A DNA stretch of 64,000 bases from Candidatus Latescibacterota bacterium (GTDB lineage Bacteria > Latescibacterota > UBA2968 > GCA-2709665): the NCBI GenBank assembly GCA_965222075.1, contig OZ244937.1:128001-192000 (forward strand). The letters are read 5' to 3'. The translations under genes and the position numbers were made by a program. Below, in pieces: positions 36,770-46,463 of this stretch. Under the pieces are notes generated by a model. That model worked only from the letters and a program-made list of their open reading frames with translations. It was not told where the DNA came from and did not search any database. Position 1 is the first letter of the stretch. Every line of letters starts with the position of its first letter.

Positions 36770-37804
36770 ATGCGCCCATTGATCTTCGAGGATGACCTCT
36801 CCCAGCTCATCGACCGGTCCCGGCCCGCCATGCTGTTCCAGGGTAACACGGTCGAGGAGCTCCAGGAATGGCAGGTTCGCTTCAGATCGGTCCTGACCCG
36901 ACTCCTCGGTTCTCGTCCCGACCGGACGGAGCTCGATCTCCAGGTTCAAACGAAGAGCGACTGTGGGACGTTCGTGCGTCAGCGGGTGCGATACCAGACC
37001 GAACCCGGGGTCTTCGTCCCCGCCTACCTTCTCGTTCCCAAGAATATCCCGAAGGGGCAACGGGTCCCCGGGCTGCTCTGCCTGCACGGTCACAGCCATT
37101 GGGGCAAAGACAGCGTCTCCGGGATCGACGACACGCCCGAGCGCAGGGCCCAAATCGAGCAAAAGGGCTACAACTACGGTCAGAAGTTCGCCGAGCAGGG
37201 CTACGTTGTCCTCGCGCCCGACATGCGGGGATTCGGCGAGCGCCGGCCCGGCTACCCCGGCCCCCGGACCGACCACTGCACCCGCAACTACCTCTGCGCC
37301 ACCCTGATGGGCACAACCGTCGTGGCTTTAAATCTCTGCGACCTCGAGGCCGCCCTCGACGTGCTCCAGTCGCTGGAATACGTCGACGGTGAGCGGCTCG
37401 GCTGTGCCGGGCTCTCCTTTGGGGGTCGGATGACGATGATGATCTCGGCGATGGATGAAAGGATCAAGATCGCCGTCGCCTCCGGATGTATGAGCCTGTA
37501 TCAGGAACGGTATCAAGCGCTCAAACGATGTGGAGCCCAACTCATCCCAGGACTCCTCCGCTACGGTGACACCCCCGAAATCTTTTCCCTAATCGCCCCT
37601 CGGCCGCTGGTGATCGAGTGGGGATTGAAGGACCGCCTGGCCCCGCACGACTGGGCCGAGCGGGGGCTGGCCCGAATCCGCAGGGCCTACGAGGCCGGCG
37701 GCGTTCCGGAACGCCTCGTCCTCGACCGGTTCGACGGCGGGCATCTCTTCCACATGACAGTAGCTCGGGAGGTCCTTCAGCGGTGGCGCGCGGACGTGCT
37801 CTGA
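36770..37804 (+). CDS. Alpha/beta hydrolase (dienelactone hydrolase/Abhydrolase_7-like)
   Basis: VPAYLLVP, LCLHGH, GYVVLAPDMRGFGER, nucleophile elbow GLSFGG, LIAPRPL, GGHLF. Confidence 0.85.
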   Translation: MRPLIFEDDLSQLIDRSRPAMLFQGNTVEELQEWQVRFRSVLTRLLGSRPDRTELDLQVQTKSDCGTFVRQRVRYQTEPGVFVPAYLLVPKNIPKGQRVPGLLCLHGHSHWGKDSVSGIDDTPERRAQIEQKGYNYGQKFAEQGYVVLAPDMRGFGERRPGYPGPRTDHCTRNYLCATLMGTTVVALNLCDLEAALDVLQSLEYVDGERLGCAGLSFGGRMTMMISAMDERIKIAVASGCMSLYQERYQALKRCGAQLIPGLLRYGDTPEIFSLIAPRPLVIEWGLKDRLAPHDWAERGLARIRRAYEAGGVPERLVLDRFDGGHLFHMTVAREVLQRWRADVL

Positions 37805-37907
37805 TTCCGGTACCTTGAGTCACTCAGAATTGACACGGAAGTGCCCCTTAACCGGTCTGAATGACAATCTGACTTCAGTCCAGTTGACGAGAAGACGGAG
37901 TACCAGA

Positions 37908-38747
37908 ATGGTCGCCGAGCGGGACACCATACACGAAGATTATGTTAGAGAATTCATCAAGCTCAGCCTCTGGTACGTCCATCGAACCCTGCGCAATGGC
38001 GAGGCCGACTTTGAAGACCTCATCAACGTTCGCGTCAACATCTACAGAAACACCTCGCTTTACACCGGCGGCCTCTACAGCCAGGCGGGGAAGAGGCGTC
38101 ATCCAGCCTTTCAAGACGTCGGACCCCAATGGAGGGCTATCCTCGAAGACCTCCGAGCCATCTGCGATCGTCATCGTGACAATCCCTCTTCGACCCCAAT
38201 CGAAAAGGTGGGGTTGGAGATGCTGTGGCCCTATCTGGAGGCTCGACTCCGGCAGCAGGGCCCAGACCCGATGCCCGACATGAAAGACCGCCCCTACGAA
38301 TGCTGGAGGCTCGATCCGAGAAATGACCGGATCAACCTCCACATCATCAACATGTACCGACCCAAATCCCCCCTGAGCGAAATGTGGATCGCCTTCGCCG
38401 CCGCGCTTATCCGTCTGCTCAGGGACGCCCGGGCGCGGCACCCCGAGATCCAGTTGGCCAGATGCAACAGCTGGCTGAACTCCGCCCCACGATTCCAGGA
38501 GCTCTTCCCGGAATCCTGGGTGCGGTCCACGCAGCCCAGCCCCTCCATCAGGTTCAGCATGGGCCACTGGGGCCAGTTCACGGACCGGAGGGGGAGCTTT
38601 CACGCCGCCAACGGTCAGCGCTTCCGGCAGACCGGATCGTTTCCGTTTCCTTGCGTGAGCTGCGAATGCCCTGTTGAGGAGATCCAGACCCACCTGGAGG
38701 CTTCCGTCCCCGAGGCGGTCGACTACAACTTGGCCCTGAGCGCCTGA
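37908..38747 (+). CDS. Hypothetical protein
   Basis: Long ORF co-oriented with its neighbours; ATG 37908 follows GGAG. No motif recognised. Confidence 0.6.
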   Translation: MVAERDTIHEDYVREFIKLSLWYVHRTLRNGEADFEDLINVRVNIYRNTSLYTGGLYSQAGKRRHPAFQDVGPQWRAILEDLRAICDRHRDNPSSTPIEKVGLEMLWPYLEARLRQQGPDPMPDMKDRPYECWRLDPRNDRINLHIINMYRPKSPLSEMWIAFAAALIRLLRDARARHPEIQLARCNSWLNSAPRFQELFPESWVRSTQPSPSIRFSMGHWGQFTDRRGSFHAANGQRFRQTGSFPFPCVSCECPVEEIQTHLEASVPEAVDYNLALSA

Positions 38748-38776
38748 ATCCTGGATCACGATCAGGACAGAACGAG

Positions 38777-40378
38777 ATGCCCGGATACAGACAGATTGAT
38801 CTTCGAACGATCGCCGGATTGAGCGGCATCATCCCCTCCTGGTGGATCTCCCCTGCACGCGGGGAGACCGGCGGAGCGGACGCGTGGCTCTCATTCAAGA
38901 GCGAGCTGGATCCGTCCGGCGAGACTCGAGACGAGCTGCGGTGGTTTCCGTTCGACAACGGCGAGCACTACGGGCTGATGCCCGCGAAGATCTGGGAGAA
39001 GATCGGGCGTCCCGATCACCCCAGAATCTTCGCCGCGGCGGGCGTCTACGCCCCGGGTCCCGTAGAGGCCCTGTATCGCTTCGATTTCCTCTGCAACTAC
39101 CGGCTCTGGGTCAACGGCGAACGGGTTGCCGACCGATGGGAGGACGACATCCCACTCCTGGATAAGGGTCAGGTCGAGGTCAGACTCAACCAGGGACTCA
39201 ACGGGATCATCCTCGAACTGCCTCTGCCCATCTTCAAAGACAAGATCCTCTTTTGCGGCCGAATCAGTGGCCCTGACGAGACTGACCTTAATGGCCTCAA
39301 GATCCTCGCCTCCGGCAGGGAGAACGCGACAACATCCAAAGACGAGGAGCTGACGCGCTCCTTTTCCGCCTTCGAAATCTTCAACCGCTTCGTCTCCAAA
39401 GAGCCCGCGATGCGGTTCACGGGCGATGGACCTGACGACTTCAGGGCGTGGAAGGCGCACTTCAAAGGAAAATTCCTGGAGCTCATCGGGGACTTTCCGG
39501 AACCCGTGCCCCTGGACCCCAGGATCGTCGACATCAGCCACAGAGAGGGAATCACCCGCGAAAGGGTCTTCATCCAGACCCAGGACGGCCTCTACCTGCC
39601 CCTCCACCTTCTCATCCCGGACAAAAGGCGCGACGGACAGGCCATCGTCTGCGTGCACGGGCACGGAGGTCGACGCGGGAAATACGGCAAGGAGCAGGTC
39701 ACGGGGGAGGTGAACGGTGACCCTACCCTTCAGTGGAACGTATGGAAACTGGATTACGACTACGGCCTGCGCTTCGCGCGGGAGGGATACATCACGATCA
39801 CCCCCGACTTCCGGGGATTCGGCGAGCGTGCGGAGTCCCTCCCCTTCTCGAGTCACGATGACTGCGCGGTAAACCTGATGAGGTACATCTGCTACGGAGA
39901 GAACTTCCTGACGTACCAGATCTGGGATGGCATCCGGGCGGTCGATTACCTGGTCAGCCGACCGGAGGTGGACCCCGACCGGATCGGATTGACCGGCCTC
40001 TCCTACGGGGGCCGCATGACCCAGTACATCGGGGCTGTGGACGAGAGAATGAAGGTCTGTGTGGCCAGCGGAACCATGAGCACGCTCAGAGAGCGGAAGA
40101 CCGTGGGCCGCGCCTGCGGCTCCCAGACCCTGCCCGGGCTCCTGACCTACGGGGATGCCACGGAAGTCTTCGGGCTTATCGCCCCCCGGCCCCTGATGAT
40201 GCAGCTTGGCACGAACGACGCCACCGCGCCCGTCTTTTTCGCTCCCGAGATCGACCGGGACTTGAGACGGATCTACGCCAGCGCCGGTGATGAATCCAGG
40301 TATTCACTCGACGTCTACCACGCCAAGCACCGCTACAACTTCCCCACGGCGCTCAAATGGTTTGAAAGGTGGCTCTAG
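38777..40378 (+). CDS. Alpha/beta hydrolase with an extra N-terminal beta-sandwich-like domain
   Basis: N-terminal YRLWVNGERV...VRLNQGLNGIIL; C-terminal CVHGHG, PDFRGFGER, GLSYGG, LIAPRPL. Confidence 0.85.
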   Translation: MPGYRQIDLRTIAGLSGIIPSWWISPARGETGGADAWLSFKSELDPSGETRDELRWFPFDNGEHYGLMPAKIWEKIGRPDHPRIFAAAGVYAPGPVEALYRFDFLCNYRLWVNGERVADRWEDDIPLLDKGQVEVRLNQGLNGIILELPLPIFKDKILFCGRISGPDETDLNGLKILASGRENATTSKDEELTRSFSAFEIFNRFVSKEPAMRFTGDGPDDFRAWKAHFKGKFLELIGDFPEPVPLDPRIVDISHREGITRERVFIQTQDGLYLPLHLLIPDKRRDGQAIVCVHGHGGRRGKYGKEQVTGEVNGDPTLQWNVWKLDYDYGLRFAREGYITITPDFRGFGERAESLPFSSHDDCAVNLMRYICYGENFLTYQIWDGIRAVDYLVSRPEVDPDRIGLTGLSYGGRMTQYIGAVDERMKVCVASGTMSTLRERKTVGRACGSQTLPGLLTYGDATEVFGLIAPRPLMMQLGTNDATAPVFFAPEIDRDLRRIYASAGDESRYSLDVYHAKHRYNFPTALKWFERWL

Positions 40379-41649
40379 TGCCTTGTCAAGTCTTAATTTT
40401 AGGGTAAACAGACTTGAGTTTGCAGCGTGCGTCGTCGATCTTCATCTGCCAGTCCACACCGCGTTGACGCCTGTTGACATCAACAGACCAAGCACACAGC
40501 TCAGACTGTAACCTCTCCAAATCGCCAATGCGACGACCACTGACACATTGGCTTGTCATCGCACTCAATTCATTTTCCGCAATGTTAAGCCAACTGCCAT
40601 GTTTAGGCGTGTAGCAAAACGCGATGCGACGCACCAAAGCACGCGCCCTATAAGGCGCAAACATTTCGTAAAAGGCCCCCTTCGTATGCGTATTGAGATT
40701 GTCGCAGACCAGCGTGACCCGCTCACAGTATGCATAGCGGCCTTCCAGTAACTGTGCCACCTCTGCTGCCCAGTCGGTCTTTGTGCGCTGTTTCCGCGCT
40801 GTGGCACGCCGCCAACCAACCAAAGGCTCACTGAACATAAAGATTGACGCCGTGCCGGCACGTTCGTATTCATAGTCAACCCGCCGCGCATGGCTTCGGG
40901 TGGCTTTGACCGGGTGGCGGGTCTCTCGGACCAACTGAACAGGCTGCTCATCCATACAGATAACCGGATGGTGCCGCTGATAGGGGCGTTCATAGGTCTC
41001 CAAGACCGCTTCCATGTTCGCCACGAATTCGGCATCTTCCTCGGGTGGGATCACCCAGTATTGGATTTTGCGCCGCGTCATCCCGTTTTTTTTAAAGTCT
41101 GTCGCACGGTCTCGTAGCTGATGGAAGCCACGATTTCCAGTTCCACGGCCTTGTCTGCCAAGAGGCGTAGCGTCCAGTTGGCATAGCCCGTGGGCGCAGG
41201 GCCTAAACGCAGGGCGATGATTTGGGCTTCCTGCTCGCCATCAAGAAGCTTCTGTGTTGGAGGAGACTGGCGTTTCTTGCGCGAGAGGGCATGCTCAAAC
41301 CCTTCCAGCACGCAGCGCTGGCGGATGTTTTCCACCGTCTTGATCCGACATGAGAACGCCTCGGCGGTCTGCTGATCTGTCCATGCAGGCCCGTCTGCGT
41401 CTGTCTTTAGAAGAATCTGTGCACGGCGAACCTTCTGACTGGTGCCTTTGAGTTTGTCTATTGTCTCGCGACACAGCCCCCGTTCTTCTGGCATGAGTCG
41501 CACGACGTATTTTTTCGGCATGGAAAGCCTCCACTCTCCTGTCTGCGTGCGTGCATCCGCACGCACAGGCAGGTCTGTGTGTCTTGATCATTAGAATTGT
41601 TCGCTATGAGAACATCATAACCATAATTTTTAGATTTGACAAGGCACTA
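40376..41649 (-). mobile_element. IS630-family insertion sequence (coordinates include the flanking TA duplication)
   Basis: Terminal inverted repeats TAGTGCCTTGTCAA (40376-40389) and TTGACAAGGCACTA (41636-41649); CTAG at both junctions; visibly lower GC than flanks; DDE transposase inside. Confidence 0.95.
40386..41521 (-). CDS. IS630 transposase, OrfA (41521-41078, HTH) plus OrfB (41081-40386, DDE), joined by a probable -1 frameshift
   Basis: MPKKYVVRL...RRAQILL...WTLRLLA...ETVRQTLKK; A8 run at 41086-41093; VICMDE, LVCDNLNTH and TPKHGSWLNIAE.E motifs. Confidence 0.92.
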
Positions 41650-41755
41650 GCGGCCTTTAGAGCGACATCGAGCTCCATCAGAAAAGCGAGTGGAATGCGC
41701 TGATCTGTACAGGCAGGAACAACAGACGCCAAGCAGAATGGAGAGCAGATAGGAA

Positions 41756-42568
41756 ATGGCACGCGATCAGGTTCAATCGGCCGCACTTCTAAGCGATACC
41801 CAATGGCAGCAATACCTTGAAGAAGGTCACGTCCGCCTTGGAAAGGTGACGGAAGAGGGCGAGGTTGAGGCCCTCTGCCAGCGGATCGACGACATCATGC
41901 TTGGGAAGGCCACGATCGACTATGACCGGATGCTCATGCAGCTGGACAGCAAGACCGGCGAGGCCTTCACGGCGGGGCCCCAGACCAAGGGCCACAAGGG
42001 TGCCACCCTGGACTACCGGAAGATCCAGGATCTGGAGCTCGACCCTCTCTTTCTGTCCTACATGCAAAAGCCCCTCTTCCGAGAAATCTGCGCGCGCGCC
42101 TACGGCAAAGACACCCCCATCTCCTGCTTCCGGGCGATGTTTATGAACAAGCCGGCCAAGAGGGGAACCCACCTGACCTGGCATCAGGACGTCTTTCGAG
42201 ACCTAGATGGTAACCCGACGGTCACGATCTGGATGGCCATGGACCGCGCGACGACCGAGAACGGATGTGTCAAGATCATCCCCGGGTCGCACAGATCCCT
42301 CCTGGATCCGGAAAGCCGCAAGGCCTTTCTGCCCGATGAGAAGGTGGAGCCCTATCTCAAACAGTCTGGATTCCTGACCCTCGAGGCCGGAGCCGGCGAG
42401 GGCTTCCTCTTGCACAACTGGATGATCCACGGCTCTGAAATCAACAAGACCGACCACCCCCGCCGGGCGTTCAGCGTCTGCTTCATGGACGCTGCGACCA
42501 AATCTGACAAGGGTCAGGAATTCTCCATCATTTTCGGTGAGGGTGCCCTGGAACCCGATTTGCCGTAG
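41756..42568 (+). CDS. PhyH-family dioxygenase with canonical HxD...H triad
   Basis: LTWHQD; ENGCVKIIPGSH; HNWMIHGSEIN...PRRAF. Confidence 0.88.
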   Translation: MARDQVQSAALLSDTQWQQYLEEGHVRLGKVTEEGEVEALCQRIDDIMLGKATIDYDRMLMQLDSKTGEAFTAGPQTKGHKGATLDYRKIQDLELDPLFLSYMQKPLFREICARAYGKDTPISCFRAMFMNKPAKRGTHLTWHQDVFRDLDGNPTVTIWMAMDRATTENGCVKIIPGSHRSLLDPESRKAFLPDEKVEPYLKQSGFLTLEAGAGEGFLLHNWMIHGSEINKTDHPRRAFSVCFMDAATKSDKGQEFSIIFGEGALEPDLP

Positions 42569-42699
42569 CTCGAATGCCTCTGCCGGATCGTCAAGAGTGG
42601 CGATTTAGGCGACAGCTGGCAGCAGGTGGACCTCCCTGAGGCCGCGGGTATTTCATCACAGCCTTTTGCACGGGAGTTCCCCAAATCTGGAATGGAACG

Positions 42700-43569
42700 A
42701 TGAGCGAAATTGTCGTCTGCTCACCGGAAGAACTGACGAGCCATTGGGGCGGTGACCAGAACTTCTTGATCAGTCCGAAGTTCTGGCGCTTCGACGTGGC
42801 CTTTCCGCCTGTGGAAGAGGTCGTCGACCACGTGAGGAAGGACAATGGCGCCCACATTCGAATCGACGGGGATCACGACGAGGCCGAAAAGGCCGAACTG
42901 ATCCAGAGGTTCAGGACCGGTCCTATCGATGAGGTCATCGACTATCCCTTCAGGCTCGGTCACTACCATCTGAGCCAGTTCTATGGTCCGGACTATTGGC
43001 GCGTATCAGGAAGGGAATCCGCTGAATCCCTGCAGCCCCCTCGGGAATCTTCCGGGAACGGGACGGTTCCCTTCCTGAGGGACCTCCAGGACAAAGTCAT
43101 GAACCCCTGGCGGGGTTTCCTATCCAGTTTGGGTTTCACCTGGCAGCGCTGCCATCCGATCATCTTCATCTCGGGAAAGGGTTGCGGATCCGGCTACCAC
43201 GTCGACGTCTCCCACGTCGTGGCATGGCAGGTCTGGGGGACAAAGGTCTTCAATGGCTTCAGAAACCCGGAACGGTATGCCCCCCTCGAGCAATGCGTCA
43301 AAGCGAAGAACAGCCTGAGGCGGGAAAAGCCTCCCGACCACCCTGACGAGGATCTCGTCAGGTGTGAGATGAATCCGGGAGACCTTTTGTGGAACCAGAT
43401 CCTGACCCCGCACTGGGTGGATGCCACAAAGGATGAAGTGGCGATGAGCCTCAATATCGCCCACGGTGGGCTCCGGTACCGGGGGGCCTTCTGTCCCAGA
43501 GAGGCCCGGCTGAGAGAACACTGGGCCGAACACCCCGAAGAGGCCAAGCTGACGAACTTGCGGTATTAG
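42700..43569 (+). CDS. JmjC/cupin-like Fe(II)/2OG oxygenase
   Basis: SGYHVD...WQVWGTK...MNPGDLLW......HWV......SLNI, matching a JmjC-type HxD...H layout. Confidence 0.7.
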   Translation: MSEIVVCSPEELTSHWGGDQNFLISPKFWRFDVAFPPVEEVVDHVRKDNGAHIRIDGDHDEAEKAELIQRFRTGPIDEVIDYPFRLGHYHLSQFYGPDYWRVSGRESAESLQPPRESSGNGTVPFLRDLQDKVMNPWRGFLSSLGFTWQRCHPIIFISGKGCGSGYHVDVSHVVAWQVWGTKVFNGFRNPERYAPLEQCVKAKNSLRREKPPDHPDEDLVRCEMNPGDLLWNQILTPHWVDATKDEVAMSLNIAHGGLRYRGAFCPREARLREHWAEHPEEAKLTNLRY

Positions 43570-43640
43570 TGTGGCCTGGCGGCCCCGTATACGAGTGATA
43601 ATGCAACCAGGTGATGCCCAAAACAGATGAAAGGGCTCCG

Positions 43641-45110
43641 ATGAACGTCCTCCTGATTCAGACCGATCGGCACAATCCCCAGTTTTCGGGATGCTACGGC
43701 AGTCCCATCACCCGCACCCCGAATATCGACAGCCTCGCCGAACGGGGCACACGTTTCGACCGCGCCTACTGCATCAGCCCTCTGTGTGCGCCCACCCGGG
43801 CCGCCGTCATGGCCGGAAGGTATGTCCACGAGATCGGGACCTGGTCGAACGCCTTTCCCTACACCGGTGTCCCGAAAGGTTGGGGCCACTACTTCAAAGA
43901 GCAGGGCGTCCATCTCACCACCATCGGCAAGCTGGACTACGACCCGGAGGCCGACCACGGCATCGCCGATGTCCGCCAGTCCAAGCTTCGCCAAAACCTC
44001 AACGTCCTCTCCTGCTTCCGCGAGCAGGACATGCCGCCCCGTTACCTGCTCCTCCACCGGCTGCGCAAGACCGGTCCGGCTGATTCGCCCCAACCCTTCA
44101 AGAGCGATGACGACGTCGCGGAGGAGGCGACGCGCTGGCTGGCCGACGAGCACCCCACCGACCGGCCCTGGATCCTCAGCGTCAATTTCACGAGTCCACA
44201 TCCCACCTGGAACCCACCCAAGGAGCTGTGGGACCACTACGATCCGCTGATCAAGATCGAAGACTTCGACGAACGCTATACCGAGGACCTCTCCCGTCTT
44301 CACCCCCACCACCGGACCTTCATTCGTCACGTCTGCGGGGACCTGGTGAAGCCTGAGGAGCTTCGCCTCGGGCACGTGGGCATGCACGCCACCACCGAAG
44401 CGGTGGACGGCAACGTGGGTCGTGTCGTAAATGCACTGGATGGGGCCGGTCTGATGGGGAAGACGGTCGTCGTCTATACCTCCGATCACGGGGGGTGTTG
44501 CGGGGAGCACAGAGACTGGGGCATCGGCTCCATGTATGAAGACTCCATCCGGGTCCCCATCATCGTCGCAGGACCCGGCGTCTCTTCCGGGGCGGTCCAG
44601 AACACACCCATTTCCCATCACGACCTGTACCAGACCATCTGCGAGGCCACCGGAGCGGACCTGCCCATACACACGCGTGGCCTGTCGCTCTGGGGCCTGC
44701 TGCGGGGCGAAAAGGACGCCTCAAGACCCCGATTCACGCTCTCCGAGTACCACGCCGTCGGATTTCCCGCCAGCATCTTCGCCATCCGTTCGGGCCATCT
44801 CAAATACGTCGAGTATGTGGGCGAAAGGCCTTCGCTCTTCAATCTTGAGGATGACCCTCTCGAGATGCACGACCTCGTCCTCGAACGCCCTGACGACCCC
44901 GAAACGCAGGCGAACATCCGCCGGCTGCGGAGGATGCTCTGCGAAGTCTGCTCCCCCGAGGCCGTCGACGCCCGGGCCAAGGCCGATCAGCGCGCCCTCC
45001 GAAAAGAGGTCACCGAGAGCGGTCGCATCCTCCGGGAGCTGTGGAGGCGCGGCTTCGAGCGGAATCCCGACGAGCTGATACCCCGAGAAGACATCATTCC
45101 AGAGCTCTGA
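43641..45110 (+). CDS. Sulfatase-family (choline-sulfatase-like) hydrolase 1
   Basis: NVLLIQTDRHN; RTPNIDSLA; CAPTR (CxPxR); TSDHG; MYEDSIRVP; LFNLEDDPLE. Confidence 0.9.
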   Translation: MNVLLIQTDRHNPQFSGCYGSPITRTPNIDSLAERGTRFDRAYCISPLCAPTRAAVMAGRYVHEIGTWSNAFPYTGVPKGWGHYFKEQGVHLTTIGKLDYDPEADHGIADVRQSKLRQNLNVLSCFREQDMPPRYLLLHRLRKTGPADSPQPFKSDDDVAEEATRWLADEHPTDRPWILSVNFTSPHPTWNPPKELWDHYDPLIKIEDFDERYTEDLSRLHPHHRTFIRHVCGDLVKPEELRLGHVGMHATTEAVDGNVGRVVNALDGAGLMGKTVVVYTSDHGGCCGEHRDWGIGSMYEDSIRVPIIVAGPGVSSGAVQNTPISHHDLYQTICEATGADLPIHTRGLSLWGLLRGEKDASRPRFTLSEYHAVGFPASIFAIRSGHLKYVEYVGERPSLFNLEDDPLEMHDLVLERPDDPETQANIRRLRRMLCEVCSPEAVDARAKADQRALRKEVTESGRILRELWRRGFERNPDELIPREDIIPEL

Positions 45111-45111
45111 T

Positions 45112-45366
45112 CCGGAAAAGGGAGAGATATGGCAGGCCCCTCCGGAAGGCCGAATTCACGTACTCTACTCGGTCACGGACCCGTCGGTCGATCCCACTCT
45201 GGCGGTGACCCACGACAATGGCGACTCGTGGGAACTCATCGATATCGTCTCGGAGATCGCCAAACGACCCGGTCACCGGGTCTACTGGAACACCGCCATG
45301 TCGCGCCTCTCCAGGGAGGGTTGGGTCTACTCCGCCTGCACTGAATCCAAACTCGAACGGATCTGA
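45112..45366 (+). pseudogene. Start-less remnant of an Asp-box/BNR-repeat protein
   Basis: The frame through 45121 reads GEIWQAPPEGRIHVLYSVTDPSVDPTLAVTHDNGDSWELIDIV...KLERI*, containing the Asp-box T-x-D-x-G-x-S-W. No plausible start. Confidence 0.55.
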
Positions 45367-45375
45367 GGAACAGAA

Positions 45376-46371
45376 ATGAACCAGCCCCCAGAAACCTTCA
45401 TCAGGGTCTCCCACCGGGACCTGCAGGCCTTCGTCTCCAGGGCCGCACAGACCGTCGGCATGCCCGAAGAGAAGGCCGATCTCCTCGCCGAATTGCTCAC
45501 CGCCTGCGACCTCCGGGGTAACGTCAGCCACGGCAGCCGACAGATCGCCCGGTATGCCACCTGGATGCGGGACCGAAAGATCAACCCGAATCCGACCGTG
45601 CGCGTGGTCAAAGAGACCCACGTCAGCCTAATCGTGGATGGAGACGGCGGCCTGGGTTACTTCCCGATGGTCGAGGGGACCAAGCGCGCGATCGAGAAGG
45701 CGAAGGCCGAGGGGATGGCCGTGGTACTGACCCGAAACCACGGTCACTTCGGCGCAGCGGGTCTCTATTCCCGGATGCCCCTCGCGCACGACCTGCTAAC
45801 ACTCGTGACCGAGGGCTTTCGGCCGAATATTGCGCCGGGCATGCCCATCCACCTCGCCGCGGGGGGCTCCCCTCCGATCTCCTTCAGCGCGCCTGCCGGA
45901 GAAGAGCCCCCGCTGGTCCTGGATTTCGGGACGATGCACGACCTTCACCCCGGCTCTCCTCACCGGGAGGAGATCTCGAGGATGGCGCCCGGCATCCTCT
46001 TCCGATCGCTCGGACTGGGGGCGATCTGCCAGGCCTGGGCCGCCTTTCTATCTGGTGCGGGCGAATCGGAGTTCCCTGCGGATGTCCCGAGACCCGGAGC
46101 GCAACCCAAGTCCAAAGGGGGACTGCTGATCACGTTCCAGATCGGCCTGTTCACGGACCCGGCTCGGTTCAAAAGAGAGATGGACGACTACGCGCGCCAG
46201 GTGCGGTCGCTCGAACCGCTTGGGGGATTCGATGGGGCCTGTCTGGCGGGTGGACCGGAGGCGGCACGCGAGCGCATCTACCGAAAGGAAGGCATCCCCG
46301 TGGGGACCGAGCACCAGCAGCGGCTTGAAAAGCTGGCTGCCGAGTTGGAGATTGAAGTGCCCTGGGCGTGA
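45376..46371 (+). CDS. Ldh_2-family (type 2 malate/L-lactate/sulfolactate dehydrogenase-like) oxidoreductase, copy 1
   Basis: DLRGNVSHG, VDGDGGLG, AIEKAK..G, RNHGHFGAAG.Y, PLVLDF. Confidence 0.88.
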   Translation: MNQPPETFIRVSHRDLQAFVSRAAQTVGMPEEKADLLAELLTACDLRGNVSHGSRQIARYATWMRDRKINPNPTVRVVKETHVSLIVDGDGGLGYFPMVEGTKRAIEKAKAEGMAVVLTRNHGHFGAAGLYSRMPLAHDLLTLVTEGFRPNIAPGMPIHLAAGGSPPISFSAPAGEEPPLVLDFGTMHDLHPGSPHREEISRMAPGILFRSLGLGAICQAWAAFLSGAGESEFPADVPRPGAQPKSKGGLLITFQIGLFTDPARFKREMDDYARQVRSLEPLGGFDGACLAGGPEAARERIYRKEGIPVGTEHQQRLEKLAAELEIEVPWA

Positions 46372-46463
46372 GCATAAATTGCGGGATGAGCGTTTTTCTG
46401 AGATTCCCTCACGGCCCAACTTCCTGAATCGACCCAGAATGGCCAATCCAAAAGGGAGTTGAA

